A stretch of 64,000 nucleotides of DNA, from NCBI GenBank assembly GCA_963536495.1, contig CAUTAF010000003.1:6582-70581 (forward strand), given 5' to 3'. The position numbers and the translations under genes were made by a program. Below the pieces are notes generated by a model. That model did not search any database. It was not told the DNA's origin and worked only from the letters and a program-made list of their open reading frames with translations. This document shows, one piece after another, positions 39,401 through 48,307 of this stretch (position 1 is its first letter; each line of letters begins with the position of its first letter). Source of the DNA: an uncultured Eubacteriales bacterium (GTDB taxonomy: Bacteria; Bacillota_I; Bacilli_A; RF39; UBA660).

Positions 39401-40510
39401 TATATATTCTTCTTTTTGATATAAAGTTATAGTATTTAAATTTCCTTCATTAAATAATGTTTTTAACTCTTTACTATTTTCATCATTTATAAAAATCAAA
39501 GGGTATTTATCATGTAATAAAGATGTTACACTAGTATAATCTAAGATATCTTTATAAGATTTTTCTTCTCTTGTTTTTTCTAAATAAGAAACAAAGTTTT
39601 TTTCAAAATCATCATAAGTTTTAAAAGATTTAGTAAAATCTATTATATCGTAATTTCTTAATACATAATCTTTAACTATATCAAATATTTTAAAATTACT
39701 TTTACTAAATATTTTAGTATCATTTTCTAATTTTTTTAAATATTCTACATTAAAATACTGAATAAATTTTTCTGTTTGAACATTTTTTAAAAAATCAAAA
39801 TCCAGGTAATCTAATAAATCACTAGTATTAGTAATATCTGTTTTAAAATTAAAGTTTAAACATTCTGCCCACTTTGGAAATTTAAAATCATGATTATTAG
39901 TTAAATAATCTATTATAAATTTTTTTGCAGTTTTAATAGTTGATATTTCAAGATTACCTTCATTTTTAAAAAAATAATTAAAAATTATTAAATCTCTTCT
40001 TCTACTAAGTTCACTAAAAAAGTCTTGATATTTTAAAATAATTTTTTGATATTCTCCAGGTTTATAATTTTCTTTTACAGTTAATGGTATTTCAACTTCA
40101 TTTAATAAAAAATTATCTATTGCTATATTTTTAAAAACATCCTGATACTTTATGAAATCTTCTACTGATAAACTTCTAGCAAAATAATCTTTTTTAACAT
40201 CTTCTGGTATATCTTCATTTATTAAAAATAAATCTTTATTTTTAATAATATCTTTTTTAGAATATTTATTTATGTCAATCTTTTCATCATTAAATAATAT
40301 TTCTTCTCTTATCTTATTATCAAATGATATATCTTTTAATTCTTCATAAGGAATATCACTTAAATCATAAGAAAACAAATCATCTTCTAAACCAGAATAC
40401 ATCACTAAATAATTATTTTTTAGATTAATATTACTTTCATGATCTATTTCTTTTTTTAAATTTAAAAGTTCTTTCTTTTTATTTTTAAATTCATCGATAG
40501 TTAACTTCAT
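36488..40510 (-). CDS. Giant hypothetical cytoplasmic protein (1340 aa), no recognisable domain
   Basis: Uninterrupted ORF with no TM helix, signal peptide or P-loop. The C-terminal third has a Cys/His-rich block: DDPFALTVGVFSDCCQKLSGRGETCMEHSMIDNDGRIFVVKDKVGHLVAESWVWRNGDTLCFDNIE. Confidence 0.6.
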   Translation of the reverse strand: MKLTIDEFKNKKKELLNLKKEIDHESNINLKNNYLVMYSGLEDDLFSYDLSDIPYEELKDISFDNKIREEILFNDEKIDINKYSKKDIIKNKDLFLINEDIPEDVKKDYFARSLSVEDFIKYQDVFKNIAIDNFLLNEVEIPLTVKENYKPGEYQKIILKYQDFFSELSRRRDLIIFNYFFKNEGNLEISTIKTAKKFIIDYLTNNHDFKFPKWAECLNFNFKTDITNTSDLLDYLDFDFLKNVQTEKFIQYFNVEYLKKLENDTKIFSKSNFKIFDIVKDYVLRNYDIIDFTKSFKTYDDFEKNFVSYLEKTREEKSYKDILDYTSVTSLLHDKYPLIFINDENSKELKTLFNEGNLNTITLYQKEEYIEELKNKDLFKVLDLPIIYLFNDYNFDFVKEYINTYGNYNFLKLWTSYGPFIKNGLNVRTLDDFYQFDKLNEKIEQSVYNFILTGKASLFNKNINYGTLEKNINFKNKYPEIFVDFKDVLNITKEENEHLKNLCYNGRLSLDYIKKYPELKEYLKHKKLFLFFQKNDNYNDFILSLGKDAFLTLGEKYGKLLEAISIEDIKKFKDYNNLEEKIMNVISQKCLSGDFIYEEDSKIFLKDKHKELFIDENAPKELKEYFYANNRYLDLKILKENYNEWKSYLTKNQIKLALLKNPSIHNDIKEYFNRFGIENGIKLALKSTDDVISMIDKVRIDKLEKWYKKTGETFIPNKTVMMKFPENDIDSFLLSGKYWSNLMRLKTYSNSEDKIISLIKASYLFGVFDQDSKGYDQLYSILTYIPKTISSNYSFILEELKKDINTKYKKDLILSLKKDKVEFDEDKLFERFYTEDENHNCSLNINFDYATKTSKVFRNILEQYEELPIITPNKLEKIFKDFLYENNPGFREFFLKNLNIILNNNNEKLEMLNKVAKSFREIEIMNSNRKLTLNHALSYISSASYQDINVGNEALARTSLIAGYKEKDFEVLQQIYNLGRKRTLSSIVRVENSHDDYDYEILRLDDPFALTVGVFSDCCQKLSGRGETCMEHSMIDNDGRIFVVKDKVGHLVAESWVWRNGDTLCFDNIEVPNKAINREVNKTKEALNKEIFEVYKKAAEELIKLDKETYQKLLEEKKITKEEYEALRLKKITIGRGNNDIYKVLEENLTLEKEYNIKEPIKYEPVILNRKLDLDDSKNQYVLLDEKTVDKEYNLDNLYIYNDEYIEYNDSNFKSFNTYQELENITKNTNYKVEESNLFITKLAIKHNLNPQTTKVVMNPNFAILYDSDDKTVKIADLLFNKKIINKNQIIDIEDSVLLQINMAINQIKEDKDIMLLSLNDEQINMFNKALEIKKDIRRK

Positions 40511-40561
40511 ATAATTTATCTTTCTATAATAATATATATCATTTTTTAAGATATTTTTAAA

Positions 40562-40595
40562 GTCAAAAAAAATATAGAATTATTAATTCTATATT
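40562..40595 (-). terminator. Intrinsic terminator after serS
   Basis: atatagaatt-atta-aattctatat: a perfect 10-bp stem followed on the minus strand by U8. Confidence 0.7.
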
Positions 40596-41888
40596 TTATT
40601 TATTATCTTTAGGTCTTATAACTTCTAATCCACCCATATATGGTTGTAATACTTTTGGTACTTTAACACTTCCATCTTCTTGATAATTTTGTTCAAGTAT
40701 TGCAATAAGTGATCTAGGACTCGCTACTACTGTATTATTTAATGTTGCAACATATTCATTACCTTTTTCTGTCTTCATTCTTATACCAAGTCTTCTAGCT
40801 TGTGCATCTCCTAGTGTAGAACAACTTCCTACTTCAAAGTATTTTTGTTGTCTTGGACTCCATGCTTCTACATCACATGATTTAACTTTTAAATCTGCTA
40901 AATCACCACTACAACATTCTAAAGTTCTAACTGATAAATCCATACTTCTAAAGAATTCTACTGTATAACTCCACATTTTGTTATACCAAGTCATAGCATC
41001 TTCTGGTTTACAAATTACTATCATCTCTTGCTTTTCAAATTGATGAACTCTATAAAGTCCTCTTTCTTCTAAACCGTGAGATCCTACTTCTTTTCTAAAA
41101 CATGGTGAGTATGAAGTCATAGCTATAGGTAATTTTGTTTCATCTATTATTTGTCCTTGAAATTTACCTATCATAGAATGTTCTGATGTACCTATTAAAT
41201 ATAAATCTTCATTTTCTATTTTATACATCATAGCTTCCATTTCAGGAAATGACATAACTCCTGTTACTACATCACTATGAATCATAAATGGTGGAATACA
41301 GTATGTAAATCCTTTATTAATCATAAAATCTCTTGCATATGCTATTGTAGCTTCGTGAAGTCTTGCTATATCACCTACTAAATAGTAAAATCCGTTCCCA
41401 CTAGTTCTTCCAGCAGATTCTTTATCAAGACCTGCTAAGCTTTCACAAATATCTGCATGATATGGTATTTCATAATCTCTTGTAAATGCTTCTCCAAATC
41501 TTTCTACTTCAACATTTTGACTATCATCTTTTCCAATAGGTACAGTCTTATCCATAATTTGAGGAATAACTAACATATTATTTTTTAATACTTTACTTAG
41601 TTCTTCTTCCTCTTTTTCTATATTTACAAGTGTTTCATTAATTTCAGTAACTTTCTTTTTATTATTTTCTATCTCTTCTATTTTACCTTCTTTTACAAGT
41701 AAAGCTATTTGACTAGAAACATTATTTCTTTCTTGTCTTAAAATATCACCTTTTTGTTTTAAATCTCTTATTTTTACATCTAATTCTATTACTTCATCAA
41801 CTAGAGGTAATTTTTCATCTTGAAATTTCTTCTTTATATTTTCTTTCACTAATTCTTTATTTTCTCTTATAAATTTTATATCTAACAT
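40596..41888 (-). CDS. serS: Serine--tRNA ligase
   Basis: N-terminal coiled-coil arm MLDIKFIRENKELVKENIKKKF. Class II catalytic core. 430 aa. Confidence 0.85.
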   Translation of the reverse strand: MLDIKFIRENKELVKENIKKKFQDEKLPLVDEVIELDVKIRDLKQKGDILRQERNNVSSQIALLVKEGKIEEIENNKKKVTEINETLVNIEKEEEELSKVLKNNMLVIPQIMDKTVPIGKDDSQNVEVERFGEAFTRDYEIPYHADICESLAGLDKESAGRTSGNGFYYLVGDIARLHEATIAYARDFMINKGFTYCIPPFMIHSDVVTGVMSFPEMEAMMYKIENEDLYLIGTSEHSMIGKFQGQIIDETKLPIAMTSYSPCFRKEVGSHGLEERGLYRVHQFEKQEMIVICKPEDAMTWYNKMWSYTVEFFRSMDLSVRTLECCSGDLADLKVKSCDVEAWSPRQQKYFEVGSCSTLGDAQARRLGIRMKTEKGNEYVATLNNTVVASPRSLIAILEQNYQEDGSVKVPKVLQPYMGGLEVIRPKDNK

Positions 41889-41898
41889 AATTTTCTCC

Positions 41899-43152
41899 TT
41901 AATTTATACTATTTAATAAATCTTGTAATGATTTATCTTCTGTTTCTTCTTTTTCTTGTTTTTGATCAAACCAATCTGGTAAGATTTCTTCTTTTTTACT
42001 ATTTATTACTTTTGTTTTATTTTTTGTAGGTGGTTTAAATTCTGTACAATGTTTCATTGCTGCTTCTGCTGTTTTAATACCAAGTCTTAACCACTGACTT
42101 GCTATTGTATCAACATAGTTTTTAGTGAATTTTTGATTATTAACTGTTAATACATAGGAAATAAGTACATTTATAACCTCTGGTTCCATCTTACTTTTAA
42201 AAAGTAAATCTTCTATTATCTTCATTTCTAACTTACTAGGACTACCGGACTTATATTTACTTTTTAAATATACAAATGGAGATGTATTTTGAAATGTTTT
42301 AATTAATTTTTCTTTCTTAGTTTCATTTTCATCACTAGTTTTCATTTTTATATATTTTAAAGTTGGAAGGGACGAATTTTCAAAGACATATAAATCTCTT
42401 GCTCTATTTAATAACACATCTAAATCTAATATATTTTTAGCATTAAGCGAATATAAAACTAATTCTCTTAATTCAGAATCTTTTAAATTATATAAAAATG
42501 CTATATTATTCAAATCTTCTTTTAAACTTTCCGATATATTAGGTAAGCCATCTAATACGAATTCAAAATCTATTACACTAGCCATTTTTATTTTAGCATA
42601 TTCATAATTTATAACATCCATATTATTTAAAGTAAGTAGTGATGTTGTTTTAAATACTTGATCAAAACTTTTAGTAACTTCACTATATTCGCTTAAATCT
42701 ATTTTTATATTTTTATATTCTTTTAAAATATCTTTATATAGTTTATTACCTAAATTATTATATAAAAGTGTATTTAATAACGGATTATTAAAAAAACTAA
42801 ATGCATCTAGTGGTTTATATAAAACATAAATAAATTCACTATTTTTCTTATAAGTCTTAATTAAACCTATTCCTTCTAATTTTTCTTTATTTACCCTAAA
42901 TAAATCCATATTAATACCAAGTATTCTAAGTATGGATTCATGATCTAATTCTTTACTAAGTAAAGTATCTGCTTTTACTTGATTAAATAAAGTCATATAA
43001 ATAAGTATAGATAACGATCCTATAATTGGTTGATATAGGTCAGTTAATATTTTCTTATCATAGTCAGTAGAGTTAGATTTATTAATTATTGTAAATTTAT
43101 CTTTGGGATTTAAAACATACATAACTTCACCTTTATGTATATTTAACCACAT
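41899..43152 (-). CDS. DnaD-domain protein (DnaB/DnaD-like replication initiation/membrane attachment protein)
   Basis: C-terminal YVDTIASQW matches the DnaD-domain YxxxIxxxW signature. 417 aa. Confidence 0.5.
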   Translation of the reverse strand: MWLNIHKGEVMYVLNPKDKFTIINKSNSTDYDKKILTDLYQPIIGSLSILIYMTLFNQVKADTLLSKELDHESILRILGINMDLFRVNKEKLEGIGLIKTYKKNSEFIYVLYKPLDAFSFFNNPLLNTLLYNNLGNKLYKDILKEYKNIKIDLSEYSEVTKSFDQVFKTTSLLTLNNMDVINYEYAKIKMASVIDFEFVLDGLPNISESLKEDLNNIAFLYNLKDSELRELVLYSLNAKNILDLDVLLNRARDLYVFENSSLPTLKYIKMKTSDENETKKEKLIKTFQNTSPFVYLKSKYKSGSPSKLEMKIIEDLLFKSKMEPEVINVLISYVLTVNNQKFTKNYVDTIASQWLRLGIKTAEAAMKHCTEFKPPTKNKTKVINSKKEEILPDWFDQKQEKEETEDKSLQDLLNSIN

Positions 43153-43195
43153 TTAAAGAATAAAAAAAAGATTATAAATAATATTTATAATCTTC

Positions 43196-43510
43196 TTATT
43201 TATAGAAAAGATCTTCTGCTGTATCTTTATTTGTAATATCTTGTTCTTCTATTTGATTTGATTGTTTTTGGATATTATTAGATAAATCTTCTATTTCCTT
43301 TATACTTGAAACTACTTTATCTTTTAAAACTCCTAATTTTTCTTTATAAGCATCTGCATCTTTTCCAGCCCAATCAAAAGAATCTCCATTTAAAAATAAA
43401 TTTGATGCTTTAGTAAAATTTTCTTCTATTTTATCTGATAATCCTTTAATATTTTTTGCTATTGCTTCTGATTCTGCTTTATTATCTTTTAATACTGTAT
43501 CTGAACTCAT
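43196..43510 (-). CDS. WXG100-like small helical protein
   Basis: 104 aa, predicted helix-turn-helix hairpin with a central SFDWAGKDADAY (W-x-G) motif. Followed by the AT-palindrome terminator 43160-43196. Confidence 0.35.
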   Translation of the reverse strand: MSSDTVLKDNKAESEAIAKNIKGLSDKIEENFTKASNLFLNGDSFDWAGKDADAYKEKLGVLKDKVVSSIKEIEDLSNNIQKQSNQIEEQDITNKDTAEDLFYK

Positions 43511-43571
43511 ATTTTCACCTCTACTATTCTAAATAAATAATATATTATTTAAATTAATATTTCAAGTTTTT

Positions 43572-46500
43572 TTATTTTTTTAATACTTCGATGTATACTT
43601 CATAACCATTTATATCATAGTTATTTTCTTTATAATCAGTTAAATTTACTTCATCAGATAAAGTTTCTCTTTTTATAACATCTTGATAATTAGATATAGC
43701 TTTTTTAACTAATTCTTCATTTGTATTATAGTTTACTACTATTCTATCTACTACATTAAAGTCTTGAGTTTTTCTTATATTTTGAATCTTACTAATTATT
43801 TCTCTAGCTATTCCTTCTTCTTCTAATTCTTTAGTAATATTAGTATCTAATATTATATATGTATCATATATTCTTGCTGCATTATAATTTTCTTTTACAT
43901 CTACTCTAACTTCTACTAAATCAGAATTAATAGTATAATCATCTCCTAAAACTGAGATAACTATTTCTTTTCCACTAGCTAAAGATTTAACGTCTTTTTC
44001 TTCTAAATTACTTAAGATATCACTAACTAACTTAATATTCTTACCAAATTTAGGTCCTAGTTCTTTAAAGTTAGGTTTAATACTAATATTCATATAATTA
44101 CTCATATCAGATACGAACTCTATTTCTTTAATATTTAATTCTTCTTTAATTAAATCTATTAAGTCTCCTATTATTTCTTTATTAGAAATATCTAGTATTG
44201 CTCTTCTAAGAGGTTGTCTTATCTTAATCTTAGAATTTTCTCTAACTGTTCTTCCTAAAGTAATTAAATCTCTTACTAAGTCCATTTTTTCTTCTAGTTT
44301 TAAATCTATATATTTATCTTCACATACTGGATAACTATCTAGAAATACTGATTCTTTATTAGTTAAATTCATATATATTTCTTCTGCTAAGAAAGGAGAA
44401 AATGGTGCTATTAACTTAGATAATCCTAAAAGAATATTATAAGTTGTTTTATATACTACTTTTTTACTTAATTCATTTCCTTCTACTTTAGACCAAAAAC
44501 GTTTTCTGTTTCTTCTAATATACCAATTAGATAAATCATCATTAACAAAATTAGTTATCTTCTTAACAACTTTTGTTAAATCAAATTCCTTCATAGAACT
44601 TTCTATATATTTTATTAAATTATTATATTTAGAAATAATCCATCTATCTATTTCTTCTAAATCTTCATCATTTATTTCATAACTACTTGGATTAATAGAA
44701 TCGATATTTGCATACATACTAAAGAAATTATAAGTATTCTTGAGTGTTGAAAACATCTTAGTATTTATTTCTTTTACACCTTCTTCATCATATCTAAGTG
44801 GTGTCCATACAGGAGATGCTGATAAGAAGAACCAACGTATTGCATCTGCTCCAAATTCTTCTAATGCTCCAAATGGATTAACTGCATTTCCTCTTGATTT
44901 ATGCATTTTACTTCCATCTTTTGCAAGAACTAAGTCATTAACTAAAACATTTTTATATGGTGCTTTTTTCTTTAAAAATACTGATATTAATAAAAGTGAA
45001 TTAAACCATCCTCTAGTTTGATCTATTCCTTCACATATAAAATCTGCTGGAAAATGTTTTTCAAAGAAATCTTTATTTTCAAATGGATAATGACAACTAG
45101 CAAATGGCATAGCTCCACTATCGAACCAACAATCCATTACTTCTGGAATTCTAGTCATTTCTTTTCCACATTTTTCACATTTAATATGAATATTATCTAC
45201 ATATGGTCTATGTAAATCTATATCTTTTATCTCTTCAACTGCTTTTTCTTTTAATTCTTCTATAGAACCTATCATTTCTTGATGACCACAGCTACATTTC
45301 CATAGAGGTATTGGTGTTCCCCAATATCTACTTCTAGATATTGCCCAGTCGACCATATTTTCTAACCAATTACCAAATCTTTTTTCACCAACATAACTTG
45401 GAAACCAATTAACTGTCTTATTAGCTTTAATTACATCATCTTTATATGCTGTTGTTTTAATATATAAACTAGGAGATGCATAATACATAAGTGGTGTTGA
45501 ACATCTCCAACAATGTGGATAATTATGTTCTATCTTTTGTTTTTTAAATAATTTATCGTTTTCTTTTAAATACTTAATTATATCTATTTCAAGTTGTGGA
45601 TCTAATACAAATCTATCTTTCCAAAGACCTTCTTTATATTTACCTTCTGAATTAACTGGATTTATAAGTTCTAAATCATATCTTAAACATACATCGTAGT
45701 CATCTTGTCCAAAAGCAGGAGCCATATGTACTATACCTGTACCGTCTTCCATAGTAACATAAGTATCATTTGTAACAATAAATGCTTTTTTAGTCATCTT
45801 TATAGATGGTATTAATTGTTCATATTCTTTATATTCTAAATCTTTACCACTATATTTTTCTATTACTTTATATTCACTTCCTATTACTTTTTCTACTAAT
45901 TTTTCAGCTAAGATAAATTTATATCCTTTAGATTCAACTTTTACATATGTTTCTTCTGGATTAACACAAAGAGCAACATTAGCTATTAAAGTCCATGGTG
46001 TTGTAGTCCATACAAGAAAATAACTATCTTCATCTTTTAATTTAAATGGAATATACACTGAATTAACTGAAACATTTTTATATCCTTGTGCTACTTCGTG
46101 AGATGCAAGACCAGTTCCACATCTTGGACAATATGGTAATATTTTAAATCCTTCGTATATTAAACCAGCTTTATAATATTCTTTTAATATCCACCATTCT
46201 GTTTCAATAAATGAATTATCATATGTAATATATGGGTTCTTAGTATCTATTAATTGACCCATTTTATGTGTAAAATCAACGAATGCTGCTTCGTTAGCTA
46301 ATACACTATCTTTACATTTTTTATTAAATGCTTCTATTCCGTATTTTTCAATATCACCTTTTCCACTAAAACCTAGTGCTTTTTCTACTGCTACTTCTAC
46401 TGGAAGACCATGAGTATCCCATCCTACTCTTCTATCTACTTTATATCCATTCATAGAGTAGTATTTACATACTGAATCTTTTAATAATTTTGCCATCATA

Positions 46501-46664
46501 TGGTGAATTCCAGGCATACCATTAGCAGTTGCAGGTCCATCATAAAAAACAAAATTTTTATCTTTTCCTTGATTACTTTTATTTAATATATCGTGTTCAT
46601 CCCAGTAGTTATATAGTTTTTCATTAACTACACTAACTTTTTCTTTATCAAGTTCTTTAAACAT
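43572..46664 (-). CDS. ileS: Isoleucine--tRNA ligase, type 2 (eukaryote-like/mupirocin-insensitive class). The start was corrected to MFKELDK.
   Basis: GMPGIHHMMAKLL (HIGH), KMHKSRGN (KMSKS-like), WAISRSRYWGTPIP and C-terminal Zn-ribbon Cys pairs. The track ORF's first 19 codons (MVPRHFAL...) are the T-box sequence itself. The true start has the RBS GAGGAGG. Confidence 0.9.
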   Translation of the reverse strand: MFKELDKEKVSVVNEKLYNYWDEHDILNKSNQGKDKNFVFYDGPATANGMPGIHHMMAKLLKDSVCKYYSMNGYKVDRRVGWDTHGLPVEVAVEKALGFSGKGDIEKYGIEAFNKKCKDSVLANEAAFVDFTHKMGQLIDTKNPYITYDNSFIETEWWILKEYYKAGLIYEGFKILPYCPRCGTGLASHEVAQGYKNVSVNSVYIPFKLKDEDSYFLVWTTTPWTLIANVALCVNPEETYVKVESKGYKFILAEKLVEKVIGSEYKVIEKYSGKDLEYKEYEQLIPSIKMTKKAFIVTNDTYVTMEDGTGIVHMAPAFGQDDYDVCLRYDLELINPVNSEGKYKEGLWKDRFVLDPQLEIDIIKYLKENDKLFKKQKIEHNYPHCWRCSTPLMYYASPSLYIKTTAYKDDVIKANKTVNWFPSYVGEKRFGNWLENMVDWAISRSRYWGTPIPLWKCSCGHQEMIGSIEELKEKAVEEIKDIDLHRPYVDNIHIKCEKCGKEMTRIPEVMDCWFDSGAMPFASCHYPFENKDFFEKHFPADFICEGIDQTRGWFNSLLLISVFLKKKAPYKNVLVNDLVLAKDGSKMHKSRGNAVNPFGALEEFGADAIRWFFLSASPVWTPLRYDEEGVKEINTKMFSTLKNTYNFFSMYANIDSINPSSYEINDEDLEEIDRWIISKYNNLIKYIESSMKEFDLTKVVKKITNFVNDDLSNWYIRRNRKRFWSKVEGNELSKKVVYKTTYNILLGLSKLIAPFSPFLAEEIYMNLTNKESVFLDSYPVCEDKYIDLKLEEKMDLVRDLITLGRTVRENSKIKIRQPLRRAILDISNKEIIGDLIDLIKEELNIKEIEFVSDMSNYMNISIKPNFKELGPKFGKNIKLVSDILSNLEEKDVKSLASGKEIVISVLGDDYTINSDLVEVRVDVKENYNAARIYDTYIILDTNITKELEEEGIAREIISKIQNIRKTQDFNVVDRIVVNYNTNEELVKKAISNYQDVIKRETLSDEVNLTDYKENNYDINGYEVYIEVLKK

Positions 46665-46910
46665 ATTTCCTCCTCTAAACAAAAAAAGATGATACCTCAT
46701 AAGGGCGAAATGCCGCGGTACCACCTTAATTTATTACTCATTCATGTTAACGGTTTCTAACCGGCTTTAAACTAAAGCACATCAAAAGTGATTTAAATTA
46801 AAGGTTTTATTGATTCTCACCAACCATCAACTCTCTTAAAAAACTAACTTTAATTTCGTCTTTCTCATCTGTTTTGATGATATTAATTTAGCATATTTAA
46901 CTTACTTTTT
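46665..46910 (-). promoter_or_regulatory. T-box leader of ileS
   Basis: Minus-strand RNA has AGAGAGUUGAUGGUUGGUGAGAA (stem I) and the canonical AAGGUGGUACCGCGG (revcomp of 46712-46726). A hairpin and U7 follow, then the RBS. Confidence 0.85.
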
Positions 46911-46916
46911 CAACTG

Positions 46917-47462
46917 TTAATTATCTTTTGATAAAATCATTAAATAAGTATCTATATTAACTCCATTTTTTTGATAAGAATTACTAATTTTTTTATATTC
47001 TTTAAAGCCTATTTTTTTAGCAAATTCTTCTGATTTTTTATTTCCAGTATCATATCCTATAATTATATTAGAATATCCTTTATCAAATAAAAACTCTATT
47101 ACTTTTCTAACAGATTCTGACATATATCCTTTTCTCCAATAATCAGGATGCATATTAAAAGATAGTTCAATAGAATTAAGACTTTTAATTTCTCTATCAG
47201 CTGTTATATTTCCAATTGGAGTTTTTTCATCTAAAAAGATATACCAATCAAACATTTTTTCTTTAGCTATATCTTCATAATATTTTTTAGAATCTTCTCC
47301 TATAAAATCAATTGGTTTTTTAACTTTCTCTATTACTTCTTCCCCTGCTATTCCCCTACACTTAAGCATGTCATATTCATATACTTTAATTGAGTCTTTA
47401 GACGTCCCCTTTTTTAATACTAGTCTTTTAGTATATAAAGTTTTTGTATCATATTTTTTCAT
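46917..47462 (-). CDS. GNAT-family N-acetyltransferase
   Basis: YWRKGYMSESVRKVIEFLF acetyl-CoA binding region. 181 aa. Confidence 0.65.
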   Translation of the reverse strand: MKKYDTKTLYTKRLVLKKGTSKDSIKVYEYDMLKCRGIAGEEVIEKVKKPIDFIGEDSKKYYEDIAKEKMFDWYIFLDEKTPIGNITADREIKSLNSIELSFNMHPDYWRKGYMSESVRKVIEFLFDKGYSNIIIGYDTGNKKSEEFAKKIGFKEYKKISNSYQKNGVNIDTYLMILSKDN

Positions 47463-48142
47463 GACAATTCATACTTTCTAATAAAGTTTAAATTATCATC
47501 TAATTCATATACTGTAAGAACTCCAGTTTTAATTTCTAAATTAAGTATATCTTCATCACTAATATTTTCGATGTATTTTGCTAAACTTCTAAGTGAATTA
47601 CCATGAGCTGCTATAAGTATCACATCATTATTAACAAAAGAAGTTTTTATTACAGCTTCATAATAAGGAACTACCCTTTCTAAACATAACTTTAAACTTT
47701 CTCCAAGTGGTAGATTATCTATTCCTTTATATAATTCATCAAACTTAGGATTTCTTTTATCATCTTCACTTAGTAATGGTGGTAAAACTTCATAACTTCT
47801 TCTCCATAGTTTTACTTGTTCTTCTCCATATTTATTAGCAGTTTCTTCTTTATTTAATCCTTGTAAAGCTCCATAATGTCTTTCATTTAATCTATAATCT
47901 CTTATTACTGGTATTTTTAAATTATCATTATTTTCTAGAGTTAAAAATAATGTTTGATTAGCTCTTTTAAGTACAGATGTATATGCTATATCTATTTTTA
48001 TATTATTTTTCTTTAATATTTTTCCAGCATTTATTGCTTCTTCTTCACCTTTTGGACTTAAAACTACATCTGTCCATCCAGTAAAACGATTTTCTTTATT
48101 CCAAACACTTTCCCCATGTCTTAACATTATTAATTTTTTCAT
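47459..48142 (-). CDS. gpmA: 2,3-bisphosphoglycerate-dependent phosphoglycerate mutase
   Basis: LIMLRHGESVWNKENRFTGWTDV. 227 aa. Confidence 0.85.
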   Translation of the reverse strand: MKKLIMLRHGESVWNKENRFTGWTDVVLSPKGEEEAINAGKILKKNNIKIDIAYTSVLKRANQTLFLTLENNDNLKIPVIRDYRLNERHYGALQGLNKEETANKYGEEQVKLWRRSYEVLPPLLSEDDKRNPKFDELYKGIDNLPLGESLKLCLERVVPYYEAVIKTSFVNNDVILIAAHGNSLRSLAKYIENISDEDILNLEIKTGVLTVYELDDNLNFIRKYELS

Positions 48143-48194
48143 TTTTTTAGATTCCTTGCTTTATTAATATTTTTTATATAAAATTTATCTATAC

Positions 48195-48271
48195 GCACCT
48201 ATAACTCAGTGGATCAGAGTGTTTGGCTTCGAACCAAAAAGTCGGGAGTTCGAATCTCTCTAGGTGCTCCA
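48195..48271 (+). tRNA. tRNA-Arg (anticodon TCG), encoded CCA
   Basis: gcacctataactcagtggatcagagtgtttggctTCGaaccaaaaagtcgggagttcgaatctctctaggtgctcca. Acceptor 7 bp. T-loop TTCGAAT. Anticodon loop cuUCGaa. A candidate promoter TTGCTT-17-TATAAA lies at 48156-48184. Confidence 0.8.
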
Positions 48272-48281
48272 TTTAGAATTT

Positions 48282-48307
48282 AAAGTAACATTTATGTTAC
48301 TTTTTTA
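48282..48307 (+). terminator. Intrinsic terminator after tRNA-Arg (overlaps the tdk stop; bidirectional)
   Basis: agtaaca-ttta-tgttact + ttttt. Confidence 0.6.

Noticed and set aside
44740-45215. Two plus-strand ORFs inside ileS
   Set aside because: They are antisense to the strongly supported IleRS.
46665-46724. N-terminal 20 codons of the track's ileS ORF (MVPRHFALMRYHLFLFRGGN)
   Set aside because: They are the translation of the T-box riboswitch. The real start is at 46664 with a strong RBS.
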